Source: Lama glama (taxonomy: Eukaryota). From it: DNA of 64,000 bases. Below, piece by piece: positions 49,836 through 62,849 of the stretch. The DNA lies in the NCBI GenBank assembly GCA_028534125.1, contig CM052817.1, positions 74,464,001-74,528,000 on the forward strand. Reading direction: 5' to 3'. The translations under genes were made by a program, and so were the position numbers. Positions within the stretch are counted from its first letter, which is position 1. Every line of letters begins with the position of its first letter. Below the pieces are notes generated by a model. The model did not search any database. It was given only the letters and a program-made list of their open reading frames with translations, and was not told the origin of the DNA.

Positions 49836-50303
49836 ACTATATAGTTCTAAAATATAATTTATTACTGCAATTTCAATTTATTTCTTCTTGAACATCTTTC
49901 TGTGTTAATTGGGAACAATTAGTCAATTCATTCTTTGTCTTGATATCTTATACACTTGAACTTCAGCTTCAGAGAAGTGAGGGTAGAACGTGCCATAGAA
50001 TCATGCAGGAAGCAAATATCCCACAGACACTGATAGGACCTTTTGTTGGTGGGATCTATCAGGGTCATAGAGGAGGGCATTGGATCAGGAGACAAAAACA
50101 CCTGAGTTCTAGTTCTGACTCTGTCAGTGACTAACTGTTTGGTGTAGGATGAATAATAAGATTTAATATGACTGCATAATTATTATGGCCATGACAAGCT
50201 ATACAGCTTCTCATTCTAAGACTTCTATGCAAACACATATGTGCCTTATTTGTAAACTTCATTCCAGCAGTAATAGTAATAGGCATTCATAAATATAACT
50301 TTC

Positions 50304-52313
50304 TTCTCTTTTTTTTCTTTTTTTTGGGGGGGGCATTGTCTCCAAAAAGTAACATTTTATTACTTAACATTTTTTTCAGATTATTAATTTTTTGAAGAAC
50401 TTATTATTTTAATTATAGTTGATTTACAATGCTATATTAATTTCATTTGTATAACAGTGATTATGCCATTTAAAGTTATTATAAAATATTGACTATATTC
50501 CTTATGCTGTAAAATACATCCCTGTAGCCTGTCCATTTTATACATAGTCATTTGTATCTCTCAGTCCCCTACCCTCATCCTACCTCTCTCCCCTCTGGTA
50601 ACCACCAGTCTGTTCTCTATACCTGTGAGTCTGTTTCTGTTCTGCAATACTTATACTTATTTCACTAAACTTAATACCCTCTAAGCCCATCCATGTTGTT
50701 GCAAGTGGCAGAATTTTATTCTTTTTTATGGCTGAGTAATATTCCATGTATGTATATATACCACATCTTCTTTATCCATTCATCTGTTGATGGACTCTTA
50801 GATTTTCTGCCCATTTTTTAATTGGGTTGTTTGTTTTTTCAATATTGGATTGTATGAGCTATTTATATATTTTGGTAGTAACCTCTTATTGGGCATATTA
50901 TTTGCAAATAATCTCTTATTCAGTAGGTTGCCCTTTCATTTTGTTGATGGTTTCCTTTGCTGTGCAAAAGCTTTTAAGTTTGATTAGGTCCCTTTTGCTT
51001 ATTTTAATGTTTCCTTTGCCTTAGGAGATAGATCCAAAAAAAATATTGCTATGATTTATAGCAGAGAGTGTTTTGCCTATGTTTTTTCTGTGTTTTAAAA
51101 ATTGTTGTTCATTCATTTGAAGTAAATTTCTCTGTCTTCTCATTTTGCGTAACTTTCTCTTACTCTATGATATTAGGTGAAAAAGTTACCTATTGCAGTC
51201 TTGAAGGGGTGTCCTTGTGTAGGAGTAGCCCTATACAGTCTGCATGTGCCCAGTGGCTTTGGTGGGACAGCTGGATCTGACAGGAGGATGAGTCATGTCT
51301 TCCCTCAGGGTGTGCTGGCAGCTATCATCTTAGTAGGAGATGGGGCTGGAGATGGAGGGACTAGAGCCAGAGCCAGGTGTGAGTCAGAACTTATCCTGTG
51401 CTTAATGGCTAACACCACCCTATTGAGAGCAGGGGTGGGCCCCACATTGCTAGAGCAGAAGCCCTGAGGGTCAGGTCTGAGCTAGCTCTCTTCCGTTTGA
51501 GTGTGTGCTCTCTCCCCTCCCAACAGTGGTTGGTACCTTTGCCCCAGAGGGGAGTATACTGGAGCAAGAGGGGCTGGAGCAGGCACTCAGCATGGGCTGG
51601 GGGATGAGCTGGGGCAGTCCCAGCACCAGTCAGAGTGTGGACCACTCCCAGTCTGCTCTCTCTATGAGCACCAGTAATGGCTGCCCTCGTTCCATTCAGA
51701 TGCTATGTCAGGTCTGAGCTAGTCCCATCCCCTACAACTTCATACCCTCCTTGGCCACAGCAGCCTTTTCCCTAGGAGGGTGGAGCTCTGCCGCAGAGCA
51801 AGTGTATCTGGGGCAAGGGCTTGTTTCAGGCGGTTGCGGGAAACCAGGCGGAGTCCAGGGCAGTTTCATTCTGCTTCCTCCACCATATTTTGGGAATAAG
51901 CAAGTGTGTGCATGTTCTTCACTAGCAGAGTCTAGGTTTATTACAGCCTCCAGTAAGTTTCACTGGTTTTCAAACCGGCTAAGGGGACTTGTCCTCCTGG
52001 TGTTGGACCCCAGGATTGGGGCATTCAATATGTAGATCGAACCACTCACTCCCCAGGCAAGATCTGTGTGTCCATGTAACCCTCCTCATCTGTGTCCCCT
52101 CCCAGGGGCGCAGGTACTAACTTGATTGCTTCTCTTCCCTTCCCACTTGATTCCCCATGGATCCTTTGTACAGCGTTTGTAGTATAAGAATCTTTCTGCC
52201 AGTCTCCAGTTAGGTTTCAGTGAGAATTGCTCAATGTGTAGATGTGTTTTGGTATGTTCATTGGGGGAGGTGAGCTCCATGTCCTCCTACTCTGTCATCT
52301 TGATCTCCTTTCC
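50304..52313 (-). mobile_element. Cetartiodactyl-type L1 with both ends and multiple internal deletions
   Basis: 5' end caagatgacagagtaggaggacatggagctcacc, ORF1 start MRRQRNLLQMNEQ near 51144, an ORF2 piece at ~50802-51088 and 3'UTR at ~50400-50801. TSD cataaatataactttc (50288-50303) / cacaaatataattttc (52314-52329). Confidence 0.85.
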
Positions 52314-53719
52314 CACAAATATAATTTTCAATGCTGATGCTGTGCTAATTCTCAAAGTTATAAAAACATTTTTATAGTAATTATGTTAAGTAAGTATATT
52401 ACATTAATTTACATGTGGCAACTCAGCTATTAAATCTTTACCCTTTAAATTTCTCCGTCATCCTTTTTTTAAGTAGAAGTGATAATTTTGCATCAATTCA
52501 TTCACATAATGCTTTAGTTTTATATCCTCTCCCTCTGTACCCTCTTTTTCATGTTTATTCAACATTAAATGTATACTGTGGGTTGAGAACTGTGATGTTA
52601 CCCATATTATTTTATTAAATATCTTCAATTTTTCACAATAATGCCTAATTTCTACAAGAGTACAGAAAGGAAACAAGTCATCAAAGGTAATATTAAAACA
52701 AGAAGGAAGACTCCATATGCATTTAAAATAAGCAAAGTTGGATTGTGAACATGAAAAGAACTTTGAATTTCTGCAAGGACGAAAGAAGACAATATTTTTA
52801 CAGAAAAGCAGGGACTAAGAATCCCTTGCACTTAGAAGTTCTAGTTGTGTTGCTCTCTACAATTTCAAAGTTTGAAGCAAGAGACCGTTAAATGTTACTG
52901 ACAAGATCTGATTGAAAATTGATACAGGACATAGGCATTTAATGGCTGGCACTTTGCCCTTAATTTTGTTTCTCTGTGAAGAATGTATGAGGAGGAAAGC
53001 CTTATTGAATGAAATTTAGGCCAAGCAAACATATGGTGGTGGGATTTCTTCTAGATGAAGTAATTTTAAACTGAGGTTTCTCAGAGAAGAATTTTTTTTT
53101 CCCTGCAGACTTTTATAACAGTATCCTTAAAAATCTGGTCATGACAGACTGGAGAGAATGATCCTTTAAAACCTGAAAATATGCTCAGTTCACTTCTCTG
53201 AAATCAATTCTGGGAAGATATCCATATCACTTTGGAATAGCAAACAGATTTGTCTGGTGGGATTTTGCCAGGAGAGAAGTGATGTAGACGTGTTACGCTC
53301 TGTTGTGGAAACATGAAGCATCCCCCTCTGCTAATGATTCATGAACAGGAAGATGAGGCATCCTTGCAGCTATTACCTCCTCTCCTAAACTGAAATACCA
53401 TGCTGTATACATCATGCCATACATGTTCACATTGGCTGAAATGTCGTGATTGTATATTATTAGTAACAAGGATTAGACTCCGATTTGAAAAAACAAAACA
53501 AACCAACATTATATCACATAACACTAAGTGGTTTAGCTATTACTTCCACTTAGCTGAACTCCTGCATTAGTGTACCTTCGTAATGTTATTAGTTAAATTT
53601 TAATAAACAAGCAAGCCTTTTTAACACTTGCTTGATTACCTGTTCATTTAATAGCCAAACATTATTATTGCAATGGATAGCATTAGTAATAACAATTATA
53701 TAATTGCCCCTTAGAAGAA

Positions 53720-53915
53720 GATAGAAACTGTGTCCATTTTATGGTATCAAATAAGGCACTTTGCTTCCATTATCTGATGTAATCTTTCAAACAATACCAA
53801 AATGTGTATTTTATACTTATTTTACATTTGAGGAAACTGCAGCAGAGAGGTTAGGCAGTGTGCCCAGAATCACACAGCTAACAATTAGCAGCGCTGTGAT
53901 TCAGATGCAGGTAAA
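53720..53915 (-). mobile_element. MIR
   Basis: attttacatttgaggaaactgcagcagagaggttaggcagtgtgcccagaatcacacagcta. Confidence 0.8.
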
Positions 53916-54430
53916 CTTTAATACAGGTTAAAGCAAGAGAAGTTTATTGGAGGAAGTAGCTCATAAACTGTGTTTCAAAAATTAGTCACAATTTGATGGG
54001 GAGAATACATTTCTGATGTATGGAATAATGTGGCCACCAAAGAGGGCCACTAAAGCAGAAGATGTGCAGGAAATGTATGTGTATGGGCAACCTACACAGG
54101 ATAGATAGTAAAGAATGTAGAGAAAAATCACTCAAGCAATAAAAAGATTGTCTATGCAAGAAAAAAAATTGGATCAGGCTTTAATGATTCCTTGGAAAAG
54201 TATCTCTACAGTTTTGAGGGAAAGATATTATTTGAAGAAAATTACCTGTATTTCATGTTTAAGGACAATTGAAAGACATTCTAGAATGAGTGAATTGAGA
54301 AAGAACACTACACCCATATTCTCCCTGGAGAAAATAAAAACAAAAGGAAAACTCTGAAAAAGTATGCTAATTAAGGTAAAACCCTTCAAAATTGAGAAAG
54401 GTATAGCATAGAGAAAAGAAATGGGAGAAG

Positions 54431-54441
54431 CAAGATGGCGG
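54431..54441 (+). promoter_or_regulatory. YY1-type site of the L1 internal promoter
   Basis: CAAGATGGCGG a few bases inside the L1 5' end, the established position of the L1 YY1 motif. Confidence 0.7.
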
Positions 54442-55759
54442 AGTAGAAGGACGCTTGTAGCTCACCCTATCCCACAAATACACCAAAACTGACATCTACA
54501 AACCTACTCAGCCAACCAGAGCACCTGCTGAACTCTGACAGAATATTGCCCTCTTTGAAAGACAAAGATGCCAAAAATCTGGTAGGAGAAAAGGAAAAAA
54601 GAAAGAAGAAAAAGCAAAACAGTGCGGGACTGATCCCGCGGGGAGGGAGCAGCAAAGAAGGACTGACACTCATTTGCTGGGTCTCCCCTGTCCAATGGAG
54701 AGCCAGCAGGATGGAGAGGGAGCCTCCGAGGCTCAGATCTGCCCCGAGCACCCCTTGACCAAAAAAACTGAGTTAAATGGGCACAAAGGCTCCCTGCGAC
54801 ACCCAGCCTGAGATGTGAGCCAGCAGCTGGGGGCCGGGACAGGCTGCCCTAGCCAGGCAGAGGACTGGGACAGCCGCACTGAGGCAGCCCCGGGGGACTG
54901 AAGGGTGCTGCACACCGTGGTGGGAGGGGATATGGAGCAGAACAACCTCTGTCCCCCATAAATTGCAAAAAATGCAAAGCAACACGGCTGGTGTGCCCTG
55001 GGGGGAGGGGCACCTTTGTCTCCTCAGACCTGCGCCGCCATTACTGGCGCATCTCCCAAGAAGAGAGGCAGGGCACAGCCACAGCCACCATTTCCTCCTG
55101 TGTGCAGAGCCCGGGTTGGGGTGGGGCTGAGACCTGAATCCACACCAGGGGCTCCTCAACCTCCTAGGCAGGACTGAGACTTGTTTACAGCCCAAGGCAG
55201 ATAGGATCTTTCTGCCCTGGCACCTCAGAGAACTAGCACCACCAAGACAAAGAAGGAGCTGAGATTTGGCATGGAGCAGGGGTGAGGCCGTTCTGCAGTC
55301 TTCCCCGAGCCCGCCTTTGGAGCACCAACCCTAGGTGGAGCGGGCAGCTGCACAGAGCAGCGGAGCGACCGGCAGCAGGAGAGGGCAGGCGGCCACCAGC
55401 CTTCCTGGCAGGAACGCAGCACCTGACCACGGTGCTGGGAGGGGGCACAATTGGCCCACCTGCCTCCCCCCACCCCCGGAATGCAGCATATGACTGGCAT
55501 CAGGAGGGGGAGTGACCCACCCACCCACCAGGTAAGAGCTCAGCTCCTGACCCAGTTTTAGAAGAGGGCGTGATGTGCTAGCCAACAGCCGCTGGGAGCA
55601 GCACAGATGAGGGCGCCAACAGAGGGCCTCTGGAAACAGCAAGTTGAGTTCACGAAACAGGGCGAAAACACAAAGACTTCTCGATAAAATCATTAAGAGC
55701 ACACCATCTCCAGGAGAACTAGATAACTGATACTCCTTAAGCCACAGTGCCAGAGAGAT

Positions 55760-56666
55760 ATGAGCAATATGAAGAAGCAGAGGAACCACTCCCAATTAAA
55801 AGAGCAAGAGAAATCCCCTGAAAGCACGATCAAGGAAATAGACATTGATGGCCTACTAGATCAAAATTTCAAAAAAGGAGTGATCAAAGTACTGAAGGAA
55901 CTAAACGAAACAGTGTTTTGAGATATAAAATATGTGAAAAATGAAATAGAAGCTATAAAGAANNNNNNNNNNNNNNNNNNNNNNNNNNNNNNNNNNNNNN
56001 NNNNNNNNNNNNNNNNNNNNNNNNNNNNNNNNNNNNNNNNNNNNNNNNNNNNNNNNNNNNNNNNNNNNNNNNNNNNNNNNNNNNNNNNNNNNNNNNNNNN
56101 NNNNNNNNNNNNNNNNNNNNNNNNNNNNNNNNNNNNNNNNNNNNNNNNNNNNNNNNNNNNNNNNNNNNNNNNNNNNNNNNNNNNNNNNNNNNNNNNNNNN
56201 NNNNNNNNNNNNNNNNNNNNNNNNNNNNNNNNNNNNNNNNNNNNNNNNNNNNNNNNNNNNNNNNNNNNNNNNNNNNNNNNNNNNNNNNNNNNNNNNNNNN
56301 NNNNNNNNNNNNNNNNNNNNNNNNNNNNNNNNNNNNNNNNNNNNNNNNNNNNNNNNNNNNNNNNNNNNNNNNNNNNNNNNNNNNNNNNNNNNNNNNNNNN
56401 NNNNNNNNNNNNNNNNNNNNNNNNNNNNNNNNNNNNNNNNNNNNNNNNNNNNNNNNNNNNNNCTACACAAACACTACAGGCCAGAAGGGAGTGGCAAGAT
56501 ATATTCAAAGTCCTGAATGAAAAAAGATGCAGCCTGGGATACTCTATCCAGCAAGGCTATCCTTTAGAATAGAAGGAGAGAGAAAGAACTTCACAGACAA
56601 GCAAAAGTAAAAGAGTTTAGCAACACTAAACCCATGCTAAAAGAAATATTGACAGGTCTACTCTAA
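55760..56666 (+). pseudogene. Disabled L1 ORF1p
   Basis: MSNMKKQRNHSQLKEQEKSPES... with TGA at 55919-55921. After the gap: TLQARREWQDIFKVLNEK, frameshifts, ILYPARLSFRIEGE...KEILTGLL*. Confidence 0.88.
55963..56462. other. Assembly gap (500 N) inside L1 ORF1
   Basis: Run of n. Confidence 1.
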
Positions 56667-57599
56667 ATAGAAAAGAAGCAGGATGCTACAAAAATGAGAA
56701 ACTCATAACTGGGGAATTACATAACTGCCATGAATTACAAAAAGAATAAACACAAAATTGTGAAAGAAGACATCTAAATCATTAAGAGTGGGAGAGGGAA
56801 GCAAGGAAAGCCACTGTGGAAAACAGCATGGAGATTCCTCAAAAGACCAGGAATAGACTTACCATAGGACCCAGGAATGCTGCTCCTGGGCATATATCCA
56901 GAAGGAGCCCTACTTCAAAATGACACCTGCACCCCAATGCTCATAGCAGCACTATTTCCAATAGCCAAGACATGGAAGCAACCTAGATATCCATCAACAG
57001 ATGACTGAGTAAAGAAGTGGTGATATATTTATATGATGGAATACTATTCAGCCACAAAACCCAGCAACATAACGCCATTTGCAGCAGCATGGATTTTCCT
57101 GGAGAATATCATTCTAAGTGAAGTAAGCTAAAAAGAGAATGAAAAATACCATGAGATCACTTATATGAGGAATCTAAAAAAAAAACCAAAAACATAAATA
57201 CAAAACAGAAACAGACTCATAGACATAGAATACAAGCTTGTGGTTGCCAAGGGGGCGGGGGGTGGGAAGGGACAGACTGGGATTTTAAAATGCAGAATAG
57301 ATGAACAAGATTATACTCTATAGTACAGGCAAAATATACAAGATCTTGTGGTAGCTCATAGCAAAAAAAAAATGTGACAATGAATATATACATGTTCATG
57401 TATGACTGAAAAATTGTGCTCTACACTAGAATTTGACACGACATTGTAAAATAACTATTACTAAATAAAAAAATGTAAAAAAAATAAAGAATTTAAAACA
57501 CACACACAAGTGGATACTTTTTGCCCGCTAAAATAAATACAATGATACAACTGGGAAAAAAAGAAAAAAGAAAAAGAAATGGATAATGAGACCATGTAA

Positions 57600-58420
57600 C
57601 TTGAAGTTATTGTCTAAAAGTTGTTAATATTATTATAAAACAATGCAGCTGCCAAATATTTCATAAAAGGACAGGTAAACAGTGTAGAGTAATAATAAAA
57701 TCTAGAGCTAAGTTCTTGTATCATTCCAACAACAACAACAACAAAAACAAAAAGAAGTATGAGGGAGGCATTTGGGGAATAGAATAAAATTTTTACCTTA
57801 AAATGGGACAGTGAGTCATTATTGCTTCTCTATTGATAATAATAGAGAAATACATGCTCACATTTACAGAGATACGAAAATAGTTATTTACAGAATTAAA
57901 AGCAAGGTATAGAACATCTAAGTCATTAAAGAAAAAGCTTCAGCTAAGAAACCATGTTCAATACAGGAAGATAAAAATAAAAAAAGAAACATTAAAACTG
58001 CTAAGGAAATATAAAATAAAATCACAAATAAGCAAACTTGTACATTTTATAATAAATATGATTGAGTTCAAATTATTATTAAAAGAAATGTAAATTACTT
58101 AAGTGATACATAAAATATTTAACTAAAAAATGTTAAAACGAGTATTGTAAATATCACCCAGTCATTGAAAGCACAAAGAAATCAAGGACAGCAATAATAG
58201 TAATAGATTATATAATAATTCAAGGCAAACAGAGTTAAAAATGTCAATGAAAATTGTACATATTCAAAAGTATAACCTACAACAAAAATGTAGATATCAC
58301 AAATATTCATGTTTCAGATAACATAGTTCCATAATGTGTAAATCAAAAACTGTTCAAAGTACAAAAAAGTAAAAGAGGGAAAGAAGTTACAAGCAAATAA
58401 AGTAGGAGATTTTTAACCTG
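57600..58420 (+). mobile_element. Ancient L1M inter-ORF / ORF2 endonuclease remnant
   Basis: A-rich decayed EN motifs: gatatcacaaatattcatgtttcagataaca (ITNIYAPN-like) and aaagtaggagatttttaac (VGDFN-like). Confidence 0.6.
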
Positions 58421-60361
58421 AATGTTTTTCAAGTCAAGTAATCAATGTATGTAATTTGATTAATGCCACAAATTAAGTTTATATTTAAATTATTCTTCCC
58501 TAAATTCCCCTTTAGCTACTAGTCACTCTCTTTTTCAACATGTTCCATACACATCCTATGAAGTTCTTTTTTTTAGGCCTCTGGACCTCTTTACCATTAT
58601 AATTCAAGGTTTTATATGGGCTTCTGTACTTGTGCAGTGTTTTCACACTCATTATCTAAAACTATCTTTAAATATATGAAAGGCCAGTAAACTAAGATGA
58701 ACTATTACTAAGGTTCATGCTCCTAAAAGACTAGGAGAGGAAAGGTGGGCTAGAAGTAAATATAAAAAACAAATGTATTTTCTAGATACATAGGTTCTTA
58801 GTTGTAATTTGTAGTGGGTATAATATAAACCTTTTGGGCATGAAGTAATTTACTTCTGTAAAAATTTTGGGTGCTGTTCTGGGTGATCGATGGGGACTAT
58901 AATATGGTATTCACTATAGCAAAATAAATATAGTTGTGATCACTTTTAAAATATAGTATTTCATCTATTTTCAGCTTCCATTTGTATTGGGGATGGATTT
59001 TCTTTTACAATAAATATTTTAACATCTCTTTCCGAAGATCTTTGGCATTTGAATGCTGAACCAGTATAAAAATATCAACCACAGTCAGACCATAGACACA
59101 GAGGACTTGGATTGAATTGTCTGTTTAAGGAAACTAGAACAGGATACATACTGTCAGGACAGCTGAATGAGTTAGGAGTGCTGTGTGACAAGCAGAGAAA
59201 GAAGCAGATGAGCTCAGAATGCTCGAAGCTTAAAAATGCCCTGAGTCCTACGTGAGAAGTGGCTAAATCCTGATATCAAAATTGCATTTTTACATTCTTT
59301 ATAGTTACTTTATGTATAACCACAGATAGTAAATTATATTTAATTCTTGATATAGAGTGTAGGTTCAGTCAAAATTAAAGCATTTGTTTTTTAGGAGGCA
59401 AAATAAACTGGGAGGCTCCTCCCTGACAAATAGGGCAGCAGTTCCACTGCCAAGAGTGAGGAAAACCTTGGTTAATAGAATCCCTTAAAGAACAGTCTTA
59501 CTGAGGCTTTTTGTTAAAGAGGTTTTCATTTTCTGTCTCATTTCTTAAACAAAGACAATAAAGAAGTTTCCAAGTCCAGTTATTTCAATATTTGAGAAAA
59601 ACTAATGAGATAGTAATGTTTGTGGAGGAGCATAATCTCTCCTATGTAGAACCTGCCTTCTTGTTGGGCTTGGCATTAAAGGGAGTGAAATCTTTTCCTC
59701 CAGGCTTCTGAAAGCTCAATTCACCCATCCTCCCTGACTGGAGCTGTCACACTGAGAATATTCTTGAGAAAGGTATATTCTTCAAGGTCTTGACTGGAAA
59801 CTCAGAGCAAAAGAAATCAAAGCAAAGTTTTAAGTCCCAGTTTAGTATTTCTCACAATGTTGAAAAGGAACTGACTTTAGAATAATTTTAGAAAATGCTA
59901 AAGCAAATGGTCATTTGTCGTGTAGCAGGATAGGCAGTACATGCTACTGCATAGCTCTAGGCTCCATCACAGTCATACCTTTGGAGAATTTCAAGTTTAT
60001 AGCATTTAACTGGGGTAGTTTCTTCACTTGTGAAAAGTTGTTAATTTTTCTCATGAATAAAAGCATGGTACTTAGAATAAAAATTGTTCTTCATTCTGAA
60101 GAAAAAACATGATTTACTTGATAGACCAGGTAAAAGCTATATGATACCTATACAGATACCATCTAGTTTAAATATGGTATACCCATATTGTGTGATAGTA
60201 AAAGAATGACAGGAAAGATGCGCTTATATGAGAAATAAATTATAATTTAACTTGATATAAAATACTTGATTTTGTAAGAGAAGGTGTGAAATTATATTTA
60301 TTAATACAATGAACTTGTATTTTAAAATCATTAGCTTCATTTTTTCTTCATAAATACTTTT

Positions 60362-61168
60362 TAATTTTTTTAAATTTTTTTATTGACGTATAGTCAGTTT
60401 ACAATATTGTGTTAATTTCTGGTGTACAGCATAGTGACTCAGTTATATATTTATTCCTTTTCATATTTTTTTCATTATAGGCTATTACAAAGTATTGAAT
60501 ATAGTTGCCTGTGCTATATAGTAGGACTTTGCTGTTTATCTATTTTATATATAGTAGTTAGTATCTGCAAATCCAAGACTCCTAATTTATCCCTCCACCT
60601 CCCCCTCTTTACTCCCTAGTAACCACAAATTTGTTTTCTATGTCTGTAAGTCTATTTCTGTTTTGTAAATAAATTTATTTGTTTCATTTTTTTAAGATTC
60701 CACATATAAGTGATATCATATGGTATTTTTCTTTCTCTTTCTGGCTTACTTCACTTAGTATGACAATCTTCAGATCCATCCATGTTGCTGCAAATGTCAT
60801 TATTTTATTCTTTGTTGTATTGTGTTGTACCCTTAAAGTGTTGTACCTTTAAAGGTCAGAGCCTTGAGAATGGGCTATCCTGTATATTTCAGGCTCTAGG
60901 CAATATTCTTTTACAAAAGGTGCAGAACCAGCATGACTAAGCACAGGAAACAGAGCACAGGCTTAGAGCCAAAGGAACAGATCTAATGTGGAGTCAGGTT
61001 TGTCCTTCCCTATTACATATTCTGGAAATTAAGCCTTTGTCAGTTGCATTGTTTGCAGATATTTTCTCCTATTCCATAGGTTGTCTTTTTGTTTTGTTTA
61101 TAGTTTCCTTTGTTGTGCAAAACCTTAGAAGTTTAATTAGGTCCCATTTGTTTATTTTTGCTTCTATC
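60362..61168 (-). mobile_element. Cetartiodactyl-type L1 3' region, interrupted by an LTR fragment
   Basis: tttttattgacgtatagtcagtttacaat...gattccacatataagtgatatcatatgg, with ORF2 sequence resuming at 61018. Confidence 0.88.
60815..61017 (-). mobile_element. ERV1-class LTR fragment (MER41-like start)
   Basis: Reverse complement begins TGTAATAGGGAAGGACAAACCTGACTCCACATTAGATCTG. The other end is missing. Confidence 0.65.
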
Positions 61169-61181
61169 CACAAATACATTT

Positions 61182-61487
61182 GGGGGAGGGGCTTTTTTAT
61201 TGAAGTACAGTCAGTTTACAATGTTGCATCAGTTTCTGGTGTACAGAATAATGTTTCAGTCATACATATACATACATATATTCGTTTTCATATTCTTTTT
61301 CATTATAGGTTACTACAAGATACTGAATATACTTCCCTGTGCTGTGCAGTATAAACATGTTGTTCATTTCATGTATAGTAGTTAGTATATGTGAATCTTG
61401 AACTCCTGATTTATCCCTTTCTACCCCTTTACCCTCAGTAACCATTTCTACGTCTGTGAGTCTGTTTCTGTTTTGTGAATAAGTTCA
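61182..61487 (-). mobile_element. 5'-truncated camelid L1 3' end
   Basis: ttttttattgaagtacagtcagtttacaatgttg... flanked by cacaaatacattt / cacaagtacattt. Confidence 0.88.
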
Positions 61488-62849
61488 CACAAGTACATTT
61501 TTAATGAAAGGAAAAACAATAAGTGAATTTGTAATTAAGAAGGATATTCAAGTATACTTTTGCTTGAACTTGTGTGTTTTACTACTTATTTACAATGAAA
61601 AGTAATTGTTGGTATTTGTGTCTAGTTATCTTGACATTCTCTACTCTTTTCCAATTCCAATATCAAATAAAAGAAAGCTTTGCATATATTTTTTATAGTG
61701 ATACTTTCAAAATTATCGGTTATTTGTTGTATTAATTCCTCTGTTAGATTGAAACCATCTTAAATATAAGTAACATAGCATACTTCCCTTACAGTTTAGA
61801 AAGTGGCATTTACACTGACAAATCTCTAAACTGCCACATATTAAGTTTAATGTGGCCATCAGTAACTGTTCCATGGTGTAACCATTTTCTAATATGTACT
61901 TTACTAGCATGCCATAATATATAAAACCCAGAGGACTAAAAGGAATTTATGGTGAAATAGCATGAAATTAACTTGATAAGGCTTTCCATTCATCTTTAAT
62001 AATTTTTTTTTTCATTTTAAACACTGGCGACCCTGTTTTAACAGTGTGGAATAAGAGAAGTGTTTTTTTACTATGGTTAAATAATGTCCTGATATTGTAG
62101 GTTCTTCTGAGAAACTTTACACATCTGTGCCTGACTGCATGTAATGTGCTTGGAAAATGTGGAAGAAATACCTTTCTTGTATTATTGACTACTTACTTAT
62201 TTCAAGTTGACTATTACATAGAACTTTTAAATATTTATTTTTTTCCTTTAAAGAAAAATGCTGAGATTAGAGAGAAATAAATATCTTTAAGAATTTTCCT
62301 CATCTGGTTTCAAAAAGAGCTTGAGAAGTTTAGTCCTAATGCTTTTAAAACTTTACCGAAAAGAAAATGATAAAGGAATAATTCCATTCTCAAAGTAAAT
62401 ACCCATGTATTTGGGAAACTGTTAATATGGCACATATAACCTTGTATAAATAAGGAACAGTCTTTCTCCAAATGATGCACCTTATTTTCATAATCATTCT
62501 AACTGGAGTTCAGAATCAGGGTTTAATTCAGAGAGAGGAAATGGAAAATTATCAGGGGTGAGATAATTTGTAGACACTCCCTAAATACTACATAATAAAA
62601 GTGAAACTTACAAATGTATTATTTAGTCTTGTGAAATATTTTAATTTATAGTTTTCTGTATTCACTTCTCCTTCCTAACTGCAAAAACCTTAAAAGCAAA
62701 TGATTAAGAACTACAAAAAAATACTGCAATCTGAGAAGGAACTCAGAAAACTGAGAGACACAGAAATTTTAGTACTGCATTTGAGTAGATTTGGGAGGGC
62801 AAGGAGAATGAAAAGAAAATCAGCCAAAAATAAAATCTTGGAAAGGCAC

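Larger units (their letters stand above)
54425..57571 (+). mobile_element. Young camelid L1 derivative: 5'UTR + ORF1 + ORF2 C-terminal stub + 3'UTR (HAL1-like)
   Basis: CAAGATGGCGG at 54431, CpG-containing 5'UTR, ORF1, then a jump at ~56808 to PLWKTAWRFLKR, 3'UTR and an A tail. Perfect TSD aaaagaaatgg (54414-54424 / 57572-57582). Confidence 0.9.

Noticed and set aside
55861..56572. Longest ORFs in the track (189-215 aa)
   Set aside because: Artefacts of translating through 500 N. Only the plus-strand edges are real L1 ORF1.
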